This document shows, one piece after another, positions 18,906-28,239 of a stretch of 64,000 nucleotides of DNA. Positions within the stretch are counted from its first letter, which is position 1. Every line of letters begins with the position of its first letter. Below the pieces are notes generated by a model. It was not told the origin of the DNA and did no database searches. It saw nothing but the letters and a program-made list of their open reading frames with translations. A program made the translations under genes and the position numbers. The stretch is taken from contig JAFDMF010000005.1 of the NCBI GenBank assembly GCA_019306065.1, forward strand, positions 843 through 64,842, read 5' to 3'. Source of the DNA: Deltaproteobacteria bacterium. Its GTDB lineage: Bacteria; Desulfobacterota; Desulfobacteria; Desulfobacterales; JAFDMD01.

Positions 18906-19973
18906 ATGTTTCGTAATTTTAAAGTTGTTCCGCAAATAATATTCGGAAAAGGCTCTTTTGCTCAATTAGACGATATATTAAGCAATAGGCGTAAGCATCA
19001 AAAATCGTTTATGGTATTTTTAATAGATCATGCTTTTGAAAATACAAATTTTAAATCCCGCGTTCCTTTAAAAAAAGATGATATGTTAATATGGATAAAT
19101 ACCGATACCGAACCTAAAACCTATTATATAGACCGGCTTGTAGAAGAAATAAAAAAACATAAAAATATTCTTCCCGATGGAATAATAGGAATAGGGGGCG
19201 GGGCTACAATGGATATTTCAAAAGCCGTATCTTTAATGCTTACAAATCCTGGAAGTTCAGCGGATTATCAGGGCTGGGATCTTATAAAAAATTCCGCGGT
19301 ATATCATGTAGGAATACCAACCCTTTCCGGAACCGGAGCGGAAGCCTCAAGAACCGCAATATTAACCGGACCCGAAAAAAAATTGGGGATAAACTCCGAT
19401 TATACCGTATTTGATCAAATAGTATTAGATCCGGAACTTACCGAAGGCGCGCCTGCAGATCAGCGTTTTTATACGGGAATGGATTGTTACATCCATTGCG
19501 TAGAAGCATTAACAGGAACATATTTAAACACATTTTCCAAAGCCTACGGCGAAAAAGCAATGGAGCTTTGCCAAAACGTATTTTTAAACAATGCAAAAAA
19601 TGCCGCAGACGAACTTATGATAGCCTCATATTTCGGAGGAATGAGCATAGCATATTCGCAAGTAGGGGTATGCCATGCTTTATCTTACGGACTTTCTTTC
19701 GGGCTTGGAATAAGACACGGCATAGGAAACTGCATAGCCTTTGATTATCTTGAAGAGTTTTATCCCGAAGGTGTTGCGGAATTTAGAAAAATGCAAGAAA
19801 TTGCAAAAATAGAACTTCCTCGCGGCATTACAAAAAATATAGATAATAATATACTTGCAAAAATGATAACCGTTGCTTTAGGGTTAGAGCCGTTATGGGA
19901 AAATGCTTTGGGAAAAGATTGGAAAAAGATAATGCCGAAAGAAAGAATAAAAGAATTATATCTTAAGATGTAA
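18906..19973 (+). CDS. Iron-containing (group III) alcohol dehydrogenase family protein
   Basis: 355 aa. The GIGGGATMDISKA nucleotide loop and His-rich metal site (YIHCVEAL, VCHALSYGL) are present. Confidence 0.85.
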   Translation: MFRNFKVVPQIIFGKGSFAQLDDILSNRRKHQKSFMVFLIDHAFENTNFKSRVPLKKDDMLIWINTDTEPKTYYIDRLVEEIKKHKNILPDGIIGIGGGATMDISKAVSLMLTNPGSSADYQGWDLIKNSAVYHVGIPTLSGTGAEASRTAILTGPEKKLGINSDYTVFDQIVLDPELTEGAPADQRFYTGMDCYIHCVEALTGTYLNTFSKAYGEKAMELCQNVFLNNAKNAADELMIASYFGGMSIAYSQVGVCHALSYGLSFGLGIRHGIGNCIAFDYLEEFYPEGVAEFRKMQEIAKIELPRGITKNIDNNILAKMITVALGLEPLWENALGKDWKKIMPKERIKELYLKM

Positions 19974-20110
19974 TATTTTGCCGTAGAAAAAGCGTTTTTT
20001 TATAAAATCGGAAATTGCAAAACCTGTTTTTCTTGACGTTACAATACTTCCATTGATAGTTATTTATAAATACAATAAGTTTTTATTATGGTTATTTAGA
20101 GATAAAAAAA

Positions 20111-20755
20111 ATGCATGAAGAATATACCCGAATTCAATTAGTAAAAGAATTAAAAAAAGCTTTTTATTTTTTTCCTTTTATATCTAGAATAAAAAGCCTT
20201 GGCAGACCTATCGTAAGTCCAATGCATAAATTAATTGCCGCTATTCCGGAAAAAAAAAGGATTTTGGATATAGGCTGTGGTACAGGGGCATTATTACATT
20301 TAGCTTTAAAATATAGAAAAGCAAGATATGCTTATGGATATGATATTTCCGAAAAAGTCGTTGATTATTCATTAAATAAATTATGGACAAAAAAGCGATG
20401 TTTAATCGAATATAATAAAGAACTACCCGAATTAAAAGGATTTGATGTCGTAACAATGACTGACGTAATACATCATATTCCTATAAGCCATCAGAATATT
20501 TTTCTTAAATCGGTTGCAGACAAATTAGACTATAATGGACTTTTTATTATTATGGATATTGATCCTTCCAATCTTATAGGATGCTATGCAAATTATCTGC
20601 ATGATTTAATAATCTCAAATCAATGGGTTCATCATAGAAAGCCGGCAGATATTATAGCTTTATTAACAGATTACGGTTTAAAAGTTCTTAATGTGAACAT
20701 AACTAGGTCGTTATGGTATTATCATTATTTAATTGTCGCTAAAAAATCTTTATAA
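20111..20755 (+). CDS. Class I SAM-dependent methyltransferase
   Basis: Motif I ILDIGCGTGALL and post-I acidic YGYDIS. Confidence 0.8.
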   Translation: MHEEYTRIQLVKELKKAFYFFPFISRIKSLGRPIVSPMHKLIAAIPEKKRILDIGCGTGALLHLALKYRKARYAYGYDISEKVVDYSLNKLWTKKRCLIEYNKELPELKGFDVVTMTDVIHHIPISHQNIFLKSVADKLDYNGLFIIMDIDPSNLIGCYANYLHDLIISNQWVHHRKPADIIALLTDYGLKVLNVNITRSLWYYHYLIVAKKSL

Positions 20756-20869
20756 ATTTAATGTTCCTATACTCGACATCGCCGAAAAAAGATATAAAAA
20801 TGTTTGATTGTTCAAAAACAGGTAGAGAAAAAATTTTAATTTTTCCTATTATACAAAGAGGTTAAAAGT

Positions 20870-22324
20870 ATGGTTTCCGATAAAGAATATAAAATGTATA
20901 TTAATGGCAAATGGGTTAATAACGGCAATACATTTGAAGATTATAACCCCGCAACAGGCGCTGTATGGGCAAATATTCCGGACGGGGATAAAAAAGTCGC
21001 TATAAATGCCATTGATGCTGCGGTATCAGCTCAGGCTAAATGGGCTACAATGCCTCATACGGAAAGAGCGGGTATATTGCTAAAGGTTGCAGATATTTTG
21101 GAAAAACGTAATGCGGATTTTGTAAGTGTATTAGTAGATGAAAGCGGATCATGGATTGGAAAGGCAATGTTTGAGGCGGGTTATGTCCCGAATATTTTTA
21201 GAGCGGCAGCCGCCTCGGTTTATCAGATGACAGGAGAAATTTTGCCTTCCAATCATGGTAAAGTCAATATGCTTGTTCGCAAACCTCTTGGGGTTGTATC
21301 TGTGATCTCACCGTGGAACTTTCCGTTACTGCTCTCTGCACGCGGACTATCATTTGCTCTTGCCGTGGGAAATACGGTAGTTTTAAAGCCGTCGGAAGAA
21401 ACGCCTGTGAGCGGCGGTTTGCTTATAGCCGAACTTTTTGAGGAAGCGGGAGCGCCGGATGGAGTTTTTAATGTGGTAACCTGTTCTCTTAAAAACGTAG
21501 AAAAGGTAGGCAGCGAATTAATCTCGAATCCGCATATAAAAGGTATTAGTTTTACAGGCTCAAGCGAGATAGGGCGTCAAGTTGCATCCAAAGCCGGATA
21601 TTTACTAAAAAAAGCTACTCTGGAATTGGGCGGTAAAAATTCGCTTATTATTCTAAAAGATGCGGATATGGAACTTGCGCTCAATGCCGTCAATTTCGGC
21701 GTTTTTCTGCATCAGGGACAGATTTGTATGTCCGTTGAAAAAATTATTATTGACGAGGCTATTGCAGATGAGTTTACCAAACGTTTTATCGAAAAAATTA
21801 AGACTTTTAAGGTAGGCGAGCCCAGCGGGAAGAGCAATGTAATAGGGCCTATTATCAATAAAAAGCAATTAAATAAGATTAACGAGCTGATTACGGAAGC
21901 TGTTCAAAAAGGGGCGAAACTGCTTATAGGCGGTAAATATGAAAGCGCTTTTTATAACCCTACGATATTAACAGATATTAAACCGAATATGCGGATTTAT
22001 TATGAAGAAACCTTTGGTCCGGTTGCCTCTATTTTTATGGTTAAAAATATAGATGAAGCAGTTGCCATAGCAAACGATTCCAAATATGGACTGTCTGCAG
22101 GTATTATCACTGGTGATGAAAAAAAAGGAATGGAGATAGCCGAGCGTCTTCAAACAGGTATGGTCCATATAAACGATTCCTCTGTATATGACGAACCGCA
22201 TATTCCTTTCGGCGGCATTAAAAACAGCGGCAGAGCGTCTGTAGAGGCTTTTACAGAATTGCAATGGCTGACTTTGGAACGTGGCGGTCAGCATTATCCG
22301 CCTCCATTCATCATTGCGCATTAA
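20870..22324 (+). CDS. NAD(P)+ aldehyde dehydrogenase
   Basis: 484 aa. VISPWNFP, FTGSSEIG, the catalytic-Glu box ELGGKN and the catalytic Cys in GQICMS. Confidence 0.9.
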   Translation: MVSDKEYKMYINGKWVNNGNTFEDYNPATGAVWANIPDGDKKVAINAIDAAVSAQAKWATMPHTERAGILLKVADILEKRNADFVSVLVDESGSWIGKAMFEAGYVPNIFRAAAASVYQMTGEILPSNHGKVNMLVRKPLGVVSVISPWNFPLLLSARGLSFALAVGNTVVLKPSEETPVSGGLLIAELFEEAGAPDGVFNVVTCSLKNVEKVGSELISNPHIKGISFTGSSEIGRQVASKAGYLLKKATLELGGKNSLIILKDADMELALNAVNFGVFLHQGQICMSVEKIIIDEAIADEFTKRFIEKIKTFKVGEPSGKSNVIGPIINKKQLNKINELITEAVQKGAKLLIGGKYESAFYNPTILTDIKPNMRIYYEETFGPVASIFMVKNIDEAVAIANDSKYGLSAGIITGDEKKGMEIAERLQTGMVHINDSSVYDEPHIPFGGIKNSGRASVEAFTELQWLTLERGGQHYPPPFIIAH

Positions 22325-22420
22325 TTTTTAAAAATGCTGGCGTTCTCCGATAAATATAAAAAAACAAATTATATTATGTATTTTTGCATCAGTATATAAA
22401 ACCAAAAAAGCGAGAAAAAA

Positions 22421-25400
22421 ATGTGCGGAATAGCCGGAATAATACCGTTTAAAAAAATAAAAAATAAAAAATTAAATATAAATAAATTAAACGATTATAT
22501 TGATAGAATTAAAGAGACGGTTGAAGATTTGTCCGTAACCCGGCCGAATATAACAAATTATTTGGGAGGCAAAAAACTACTTAATTCCTTTTTAATAAAA
22601 ACCGGAGAATTGAAACTTCAAAACCAATTTTACGCTCTTTATACAGACGGCGCAGAGATAAAAAAAATAGAAAAAATCGCAGAACAACTTGATAACATAA
22701 TAACATCTCAAACAAATTTTTTTTTAAAAAAAGATTTCGGCTTTGCAAAAAAAGATGCGGAAAAAATATATTCGGCTCTTTTTAAATTAAAAGATATTAG
22801 ATGGGCTTTAACATCGGAACTTATAGATAATATAAATAAAGTAAAAAAGCTTATAACCTATAATAATAATCCGACTTCAATACAGGTTGCCGCATTTAAA
22901 AATATCAACACGGTTTTAAACTCAATAGACAGGCTTGAAGTCCGAGGCAGAGATTCTGCCGGAATATCCGTTATATTTACATACAATAAAAAAAAGTTTA
23001 AAAAATTTCAACTTCTTTTAACCTCGGAAGAAAAAAAACAATTAAATAAACGAACCGAAACAAAACAGCTTTTAAACGGCTCAATAAACGCAAATACCTC
23101 TTCCGATAATAAGACCTCCATAACATTTACCTACAAAATAGCCGCGGAAGTAGGAAAACTCGGAGACAACGTAAAATTTTTGCGCAAAGAGATAATCAAA
23201 GATAATATATTACAAAAAGCTGGCGCGGTTCAATATCTGTACAACAGTATAATATCCCATACAAGATGGGCGTCTGTAGGCGGCATAAACGAATTCAACT
23301 GCCATCCTATAGACTTATACCTTACCGATACAAAAAATAAAAATCAAAATATTAACGTATGCTTAAACGGCGATATAGACAACTATATCCGATTAAAAAC
23401 CGAGTTTGAAAACAACGGCGAAAAAATAGACTCCGATACAAAAATAATACCCCTTTTAATAAAAAAATATCTTAAAAAAACATCCGATATAAAAGAGGCT
23501 TTTCGGCTTGCGGTAAATAATTTTAAAGGCTCTCATGCAATAGCAATGCACACCGATCTTGCCCCCGGAAAAATATTTTTGGCTCAAAAAGGCAGCGGAC
23601 AGGCTCTTTTTATAGGCATAGCGGACGAGCATTACATACCTGCATCCGAAGTTTACGGCTTTGTGGAGGATACCCGGTATTTTATAAAAATAAACTGCGA
23701 ACAGAGTCAAAAAATAAAAAACAAAGAGATAGAAGGGCAGATATTTATACTTGATTCTGACAAAGGAGGAAAATTAAACGGTATAACGGCATCATATTAT
23801 GACGGAGAAAAAATAAAGCTTAATGAAAAATTTATAAAACAGACCGAAATAACCTCAAGAGATATAGACAGAAGAGATTATGCCCATTACTTTTTAAAAG
23901 AAATATCCGAATCTCCGGCATCCGTAGAAAAAACCCTGTTAAACCGATTAAAAACGGATAAACAACAAAAACGAGTAACTTTGGATAAAAAAGCCTTTCC
24001 GCAGACTTTGAAAAAAGCCTTTTTAAAAAATAAAATAAAAAAAATATATTTTGTAGGGCAGGGAACGGCAGGAGTGGCAGCAGTATGCGGAGCAAACATA
24101 CTTCGATATTATCTAAGCAAAGCCTCAATACAAATAAGGGCGGTAAAAGCTTCGGAACTCTCTGGCTTTATACTGTTTGAAAACGACGATAAAGAAAGCT
24201 TAAAAGACACATTAGTAGTTGCGGTAACCCAGTCCGGCACAACAACAGATACAAACAAAACCGTTGATATGGCAAAAGAAAGAGGCGGGTGGACAATTGC
24301 CATAGTAAATAGAAGAGATTCCGATATTACCTTTAAAACAGACGGGGTTTTATATACAAGCAGCGGCAGAGATATAGAAATGTCCGTAGCATCTACAAAA
24401 GCTTTTTATTCGCAGGTTGCCGCCGCCGCTTTACTAGGGCTTTGCATAACATCTGCAGTTGGCATAAGAGAAGAAAAGTTTATCCGAAAAGAGATAAAAA
24501 GACTTATAGAAATACCAAATTCTATGCGTAAAATACTGGCGACAAAAGATAAAATAAAAAAATCCGCAGAAAAATTCGCGCTTTTTAAAACCTACTGGGC
24601 TGTTGTGGGAAGCGGTGCAAACAAGCCGGCGGCAGACGAAATAAGAATAAAACTTTCGGAATTATGCTATAAAACAATATCTTCCGATTACATAGAGGAT
24701 AAAAAACATATAGACCTTTCCGCCGAACCGCTAATAATAGTATGCGCTGCAAGTGCGAGAGAAAACGTAATACAAGATATAGTAAAAGATACCGCAATAT
24801 TTAAAGCTCATAAAGCCACTCCTATAGTAATAACGGATGAAAAAGAACATAGATTCGACGCATATGCGGAAGATGTTTTTTACATACCTACGGTAAGCCA
24901 GCACTTTGCGCCCATATTAAATACCCTTGCCGGGCATTTGTGGGGTTATTTTGCCGCCCTTGCAATAAACGGCGTATCCGAATATCTGTATCAATTTAAA
25001 GAGGATATAAAAAATACAGTAGATAATTTTGTAAAACAAGGGTTAGACATATACGAAATTGTGCAAAAAGAGGAATTCAAAGAAAAAATCACGCTTTTTT
25101 CAATAGATTTCAAACAAAAAAAAGCGGACAAACAATTCCCTTCCATAATAGGATTTAAAACAGCATCCGATCTTACCCTCCTTTTAAAATATCTGTCCGG
25201 CAAGTTAGACGTATCAGATTTTACCTTTGATTTCGATATAGAATACAGCGCGTTAAATATGCTTCAACTTCTACTTAAAAGATTAAACGGCGCTATAAAC
25301 AGATTATCCAGACCAATAGATGCGATAAGACATCAGGCTAAAACCGTCACCGTGGGCACAAGCAGAATCAGTGATAAAATAGAAGGCGTAATATTTGAAG

Positions 25401-25972
25401 AAATAGAAAAACTCGGTATAAAACTATATGGAATTACAGCTAAAAACATACTTGTATTAAAAAACCTGCAAAAAATCATATCCGGCATAAGAGGCTACAT
25501 ACTTTATAAAATAGACGGGTTAAACATAAACGGCAAACCTTGCGACGCTTCTACCATAACCGTTTTGGAAAAAGGCGGAGCGCTTTTTATGCTGCCTTCC
25601 CGCGTAGAAAAAGACAGCAGATTACGAGGAACCAAAAAAACCATAGTGGAGCGGGAAAACGTTTATATAGCAAAAGCAAGATTAGACGGCAGAAACATAA
25701 TAATAATACCGATAATATCTACAAATCCTCAAATTCCGAATAAAATAGAATATCTGCTTTTATTCAACATTACATTTAAAGAAGAGGTTCCGTTAGAGGT
25801 AAAAATAAAAGCATTAGGTCCGAAATTTCAGTTTATAAAAAACATAGTTCAAGAAAGCGTAAATGATTGGAAAGACGAATATATCAATATGGTTCCTATG
25901 TATGACCTATTCGGAAAAACAGCCGAAAAAACAGGGGAGCTTATTATATCAATCATTTCTATGATGAAATAG
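22421..25972 (+). CDS. Giant GlmS-like protein: class II glutamine amidotransferase plus two SIS domains, with large insertions and a C-terminal extension
   Basis: 1183 aa. N-terminal nucleophile MCGIAGI. GATase-II blocks RLEVRGRDSAGI, HTRWASVGG..NCHP and CLNGDIDNY. SIS blocks VGQGTAG / VTQSGTTTDT and VGSGANKPAADEIRIKLSE. Confidence 0.8.
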   Translation: MCGIAGIIPFKKIKNKKLNINKLNDYIDRIKETVEDLSVTRPNITNYLGGKKLLNSFLIKTGELKLQNQFYALYTDGAEIKKIEKIAEQLDNIITSQTNFFLKKDFGFAKKDAEKIYSALFKLKDIRWALTSELIDNINKVKKLITYNNNPTSIQVAAFKNINTVLNSIDRLEVRGRDSAGISVIFTYNKKKFKKFQLLLTSEEKKQLNKRTETKQLLNGSINANTSSDNKTSITFTYKIAAEVGKLGDNVKFLRKEIIKDNILQKAGAVQYLYNSIISHTRWASVGGINEFNCHPIDLYLTDTKNKNQNINVCLNGDIDNYIRLKTEFENNGEKIDSDTKIIPLLIKKYLKKTSDIKEAFRLAVNNFKGSHAIAMHTDLAPGKIFLAQKGSGQALFIGIADEHYIPASEVYGFVEDTRYFIKINCEQSQKIKNKEIEGQIFILDSDKGGKLNGITASYYDGEKIKLNEKFIKQTEITSRDIDRRDYAHYFLKEISESPASVEKTLLNRLKTDKQQKRVTLDKKAFPQTLKKAFLKNKIKKIYFVGQGTAGVAAVCGANILRYYLSKASIQIRAVKASELSGFILFENDDKESLKDTLVVAVTQSGTTTDTNKTVDMAKERGGWTIAIVNRRDSDITFKTDGVLYTSSGRDIEMSVASTKAFYSQVAAAALLGLCITSAVGIREEKFIRKEIKRLIEIPNSMRKILATKDKIKKSAEKFALFKTYWAVVGSGANKPAADEIRIKLSELCYKTISSDYIEDKKHIDLSAEPLIIVCAASARENVIQDIVKDTAIFKAHKATPIVITDEKEHRFDAYAEDVFYIPTVSQHFAPILNTLAGHLWGYFAALAINGVSEYLYQFKEDIKNTVDNFVKQGLDIYEIVQKEEFKEKITLFSIDFKQKKADKQFPSIIGFKTASDLTLLLKYLSGKLDVSDFTFDFDIEYSALNMLQLLLKRLNGAINRLSRPIDAIRHQAKTVTVGTSRISDKIEGVIFEEIEKLGIKLYGITAKNILVLKNLQKIISGIRGYILYKIDGLNINGKPCDASTITVLEKGGALFMLPSRVEKDSRLRGTKKTIVERENVYIAKARLDGRNIIIIPIISTNPQIPNKIEYLLLFNITFKEEVPLEVKIKALGPKFQFIKNIVQESVNDWKDEYINMVPMYDLFGKTAEKTGELIISIISMMK

Positions 25973-26076
25973 TTTTCGTAGAAACAAGCCCTCTTTTACT
26001 TGATTTCGGCGTTGAAAAACACTTTGTTATAAAACAGGATTTTATTGAAATATAAACAGAGGAAATAACATATATA

Positions 26077-26293
26077 ATGTTAATAATAAAACTACTCTTC
26101 AACAATGTTGAATTACGCCCCTCGCAAATACACAAATTACGCGGATACATAGACAGACTCTTTATAGATTACGACCTTATACACAACCATGATCTTAAAA
26201 CCGGAAAACCGATCTACAGAGATACCCCTTAATACAATTCAAGCTATCCGAAAATACCCCGATGGTTCTTGCCGTAACCCAAAAAGCGGTCTG
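26077..26293 (+). pseudogene. Remnant of a Cas6-family (Cas6b-type N-terminal domain) gene, frameshifted and truncated
   Basis: MLIIKLLFNNVELRPSQIHKLRGYIDRLFIDYDLIHNHDLKTGKPIYR is followed, in another frame, by RYPLIQFKLSENTPMVLAVTQKAV*. The FHNH...YRYPLIQYK pattern is one I remember from Cas6 proteins. Only about 75 codons remain. Confidence 0.4.
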
Positions 26294-26466
26294 ATAAAAC
26301 GGTTTTTATTACGGGAGACAGAGATTTTTATAATTTGGCAGCTTATTTGCAAATACAAAACAAAATAAAGAACGTTATTCATCGTTATTAAGAAAATTTG
26401 AAAGGTTTTATATATCGGATTTGAGAAAAAAATATGTGATTTTTTTTTTTAGGTTTAACAATCGGT

Positions 26467-27540
26467 TTAGCAAGCCTTCAAGTCTCTCTTTGTTATTTTG
26501 TTACTCTTATCTTCAATATCCATAACTCTTTGAGAAATCCCCAAAAGTAGCCTTCCTAAAATATCGGCTCCCGTAATAATCTTTTTTTTATCTCCCCAAA
26601 GAAGAATAATATCTTTATCTATTACGTCATCATCTTTATCGTCAGAATCTATTTTTAATCTTTTTATAACCTCTCCGAGTTTTATAGAAGAATCTGTTAC
26701 TATTATAGGATGATGAGAAAATTTTGCAGGATCAACATATTCTTTGTCAAAAATAGTGCTTCTTAAAAAGCCGTTTGAATTAAGAGCCATTTTAGGAATA
26801 TTATTTTGGTCTGTAATTATCACCCATTTTTTTCTGGATTTATCCAATTTTTTTAAAAAAGGATCTTCGGGGCTTTTTTTGTATTTCGAAAAAATAGGTT
26901 TTTCATTATCAAACGGCAGAGAGATTATACTGTTTTTATCTATTATTTCTCCTTCCTGATCTAGAAAAAGATCATCTATGGAAAGAAAATTAATAGCGCC
27001 TGTTCCTTCTACATGATCTATATCATGCGTATGTTCTATATGTTTTTTTATAAGACACTTCAAACTTTTTTCTTTAAAATACTCCACATTCTCTTTTCCG
27101 AGCAGCTTATCTAACATCATTGCGGAAGGCTTTGCCACAGGATATAGTATTATCTGATACAATTTTAATATTGGTAAAAAGAATGCTGTGGTTTTAATAG
27201 CGTTTCTGGAAAAATATGCCTGAGGAACTATTTCGCCTATGTATGTGATTAAAAACGTAGAGAAAATAAAGGCAATTATTCCGGACATTATCGAATTTGA
27301 AAGAAGAGCTAATAAAACGTTAATGCCAACGTTGCCGAAAAGAATAGTTGTTAATAAAAAGTTGGAATCTTTTCTTGCTTCCAGAATTTTTTTTGCAGTT
27401 TGGTTATGAGAGGCTTCAACCTCAAGTTTAAGTCTGTTAATGCTGAAAAAGGCGAGATTAAGACCGGACAACATAGCGGATTGAGATATACACAAAATAA
27501 TTCCGATCCAAATAAAAAAAATCGTATCAAAAGGTAGCAT
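26467..27540 (-). CDS. CNNM/DUF21-domain membrane protein (HlyC/CorC-like family)
   Basis: The N-terminal 4-TM DUF21 pattern is present (SAMLSGLNLAFFSINRLKLEV, GNVGINVLLA, GEIVPQAY). The C-terminal half is divergent. Confidence 0.75.
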   Translation of the reverse strand: MLPFDTIFFIWIGIILCISQSAMLSGLNLAFFSINRLKLEVEASHNQTAKKILEARKDSNFLLTTILFGNVGINVLLALLSNSIMSGIIAFIFSTFLITYIGEIVPQAYFSRNAIKTTAFFLPILKLYQIILYPVAKPSAMMLDKLLGKENVEYFKEKSLKCLIKKHIEHTHDIDHVEGTGAINFLSIDDLFLDQEGEIIDKNSIISLPFDNEKPIFSKYKKSPEDPFLKKLDKSRKKWVIITDQNNIPKMALNSNGFLRSTIFDKEYVDPAKFSHHPIIVTDSSIKLGEVIKRLKIDSDDKDDDVIDKDIILLWGDKKKIITGADILGRLLLGISQRVMDIEDKSNKITKRDLKAC

Positions 27541-27666
27541 TTTTTATAAGTTAATTCTTTTTTTAATAGTTATATTACAAACTGGGTTGCTCAATTTATA
27601 ACAATGCCCGAGTAAATACTTATAATACGGCTATTTTTACTCAGGCATTGTTGATTTGATTATTTG

Positions 27667-27966
27667 TTAATATCTTCTCTGATTATAAGATGATCTGCCG
27701 CCGCCGCCGCCGCCTTGTCTGCCCGCATTGGGTTTGGATTCGTTAACTCTTATATTGCGTCCTTTTAGATTACTTCCGTTTAAAGCGTTAATTGCCGCTT
27801 CGCCTTCGGATTCGTCTGACATCTCTACAAAACCGAAACCTTTTGATTTGCCGGAAAACCTGTCGCTTATTATTTTACTGCTTTCAACAGCTCCGAATTC
27901 TCCAAACAGTTCTTTTAATTCATCTTCTTTAATATCGTAAGACAGGTTGCCTACATAAATATTCAT
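27667..27966 (-). CDS. RRM-type RNA-binding protein with a Gly-rich tail
   Basis: RNP2 IYVGNL and RNP1 KGFGFVEM, plus a GGGGGG tail encoded by a GCC repeat. I prefer ATG 27966 (AAAGGA 7 nt upstream) over the longer TTG ORF. Confidence 0.9.
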   Translation of the reverse strand: MNIYVGNLSYDIKEDELKELFGEFGAVESSKIISDRFSGKSKGFGFVEMSDESEGEAAINALNGSNLKGRNIRVNESKPNAGRQGGGGGGRSSYNQRRY

Positions 27967-28168
27967 AAAAAATCCTTTCAATTATACTATACGCGCCGTT
28001 ATTTTAAAACTCCGAATACTCAATTAACTGCGCGTAAAAATATTGAGAAACCGGCATATCGTAATTTTTTAAGTTACGATATAAAACTAATACAGCTATA
28101 GTTAATCTTTATTTTAATAAATTGCAAATACTATTTTTATAAAAGTTAATTTTTTTGTATCAACATCT

Positions 28169-28237
28169 CATCCTGTCCTGTCGAGCGAAGCGAAAAATTC
28201 CTTTATTATTTTTTTTTAAAAGCTGTCTCCGTATTAT
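28169..28237. repeat. Family-2 repeat, single arm
   Basis: CATCCTGTCCTGTCGAGCGAAGCGAAAAATTCCTTTATTATT plus the tail CTGTCTCCGTATTATAAT. It abuts the stop of the DUF47 gene. Confidence 0.75.
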
Positions 28238-28239
28238 AA

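Noticed and set aside
18727-26011. The post-stop conserved motifs as integron attC sites marking gene cassettes.
   Set aside because: The window has no integrase gene. I could find no R''/R' (RYYYAAC / GTTRRRY) inverted core sites or imperfect internal symmetry in the motif. The block between the two best copies holds four genes rather than one cassette.
25973-26466. A CRISPR array next to the Cas6-like stub.
   Set aside because: Reading both strands of this spacer and the neighbouring intergenic regions showed no regularly spaced direct repeats of 25-40 nt.
27696-27716. The GCC/GGC trinucleotide repeat as a microsatellite or phase-variation tract.
   Set aside because: It encodes the Gly-rich C-terminal tail typical of small RRM RNA-binding proteins and stays in frame. 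Nothing suggests variable length from this single sequence.
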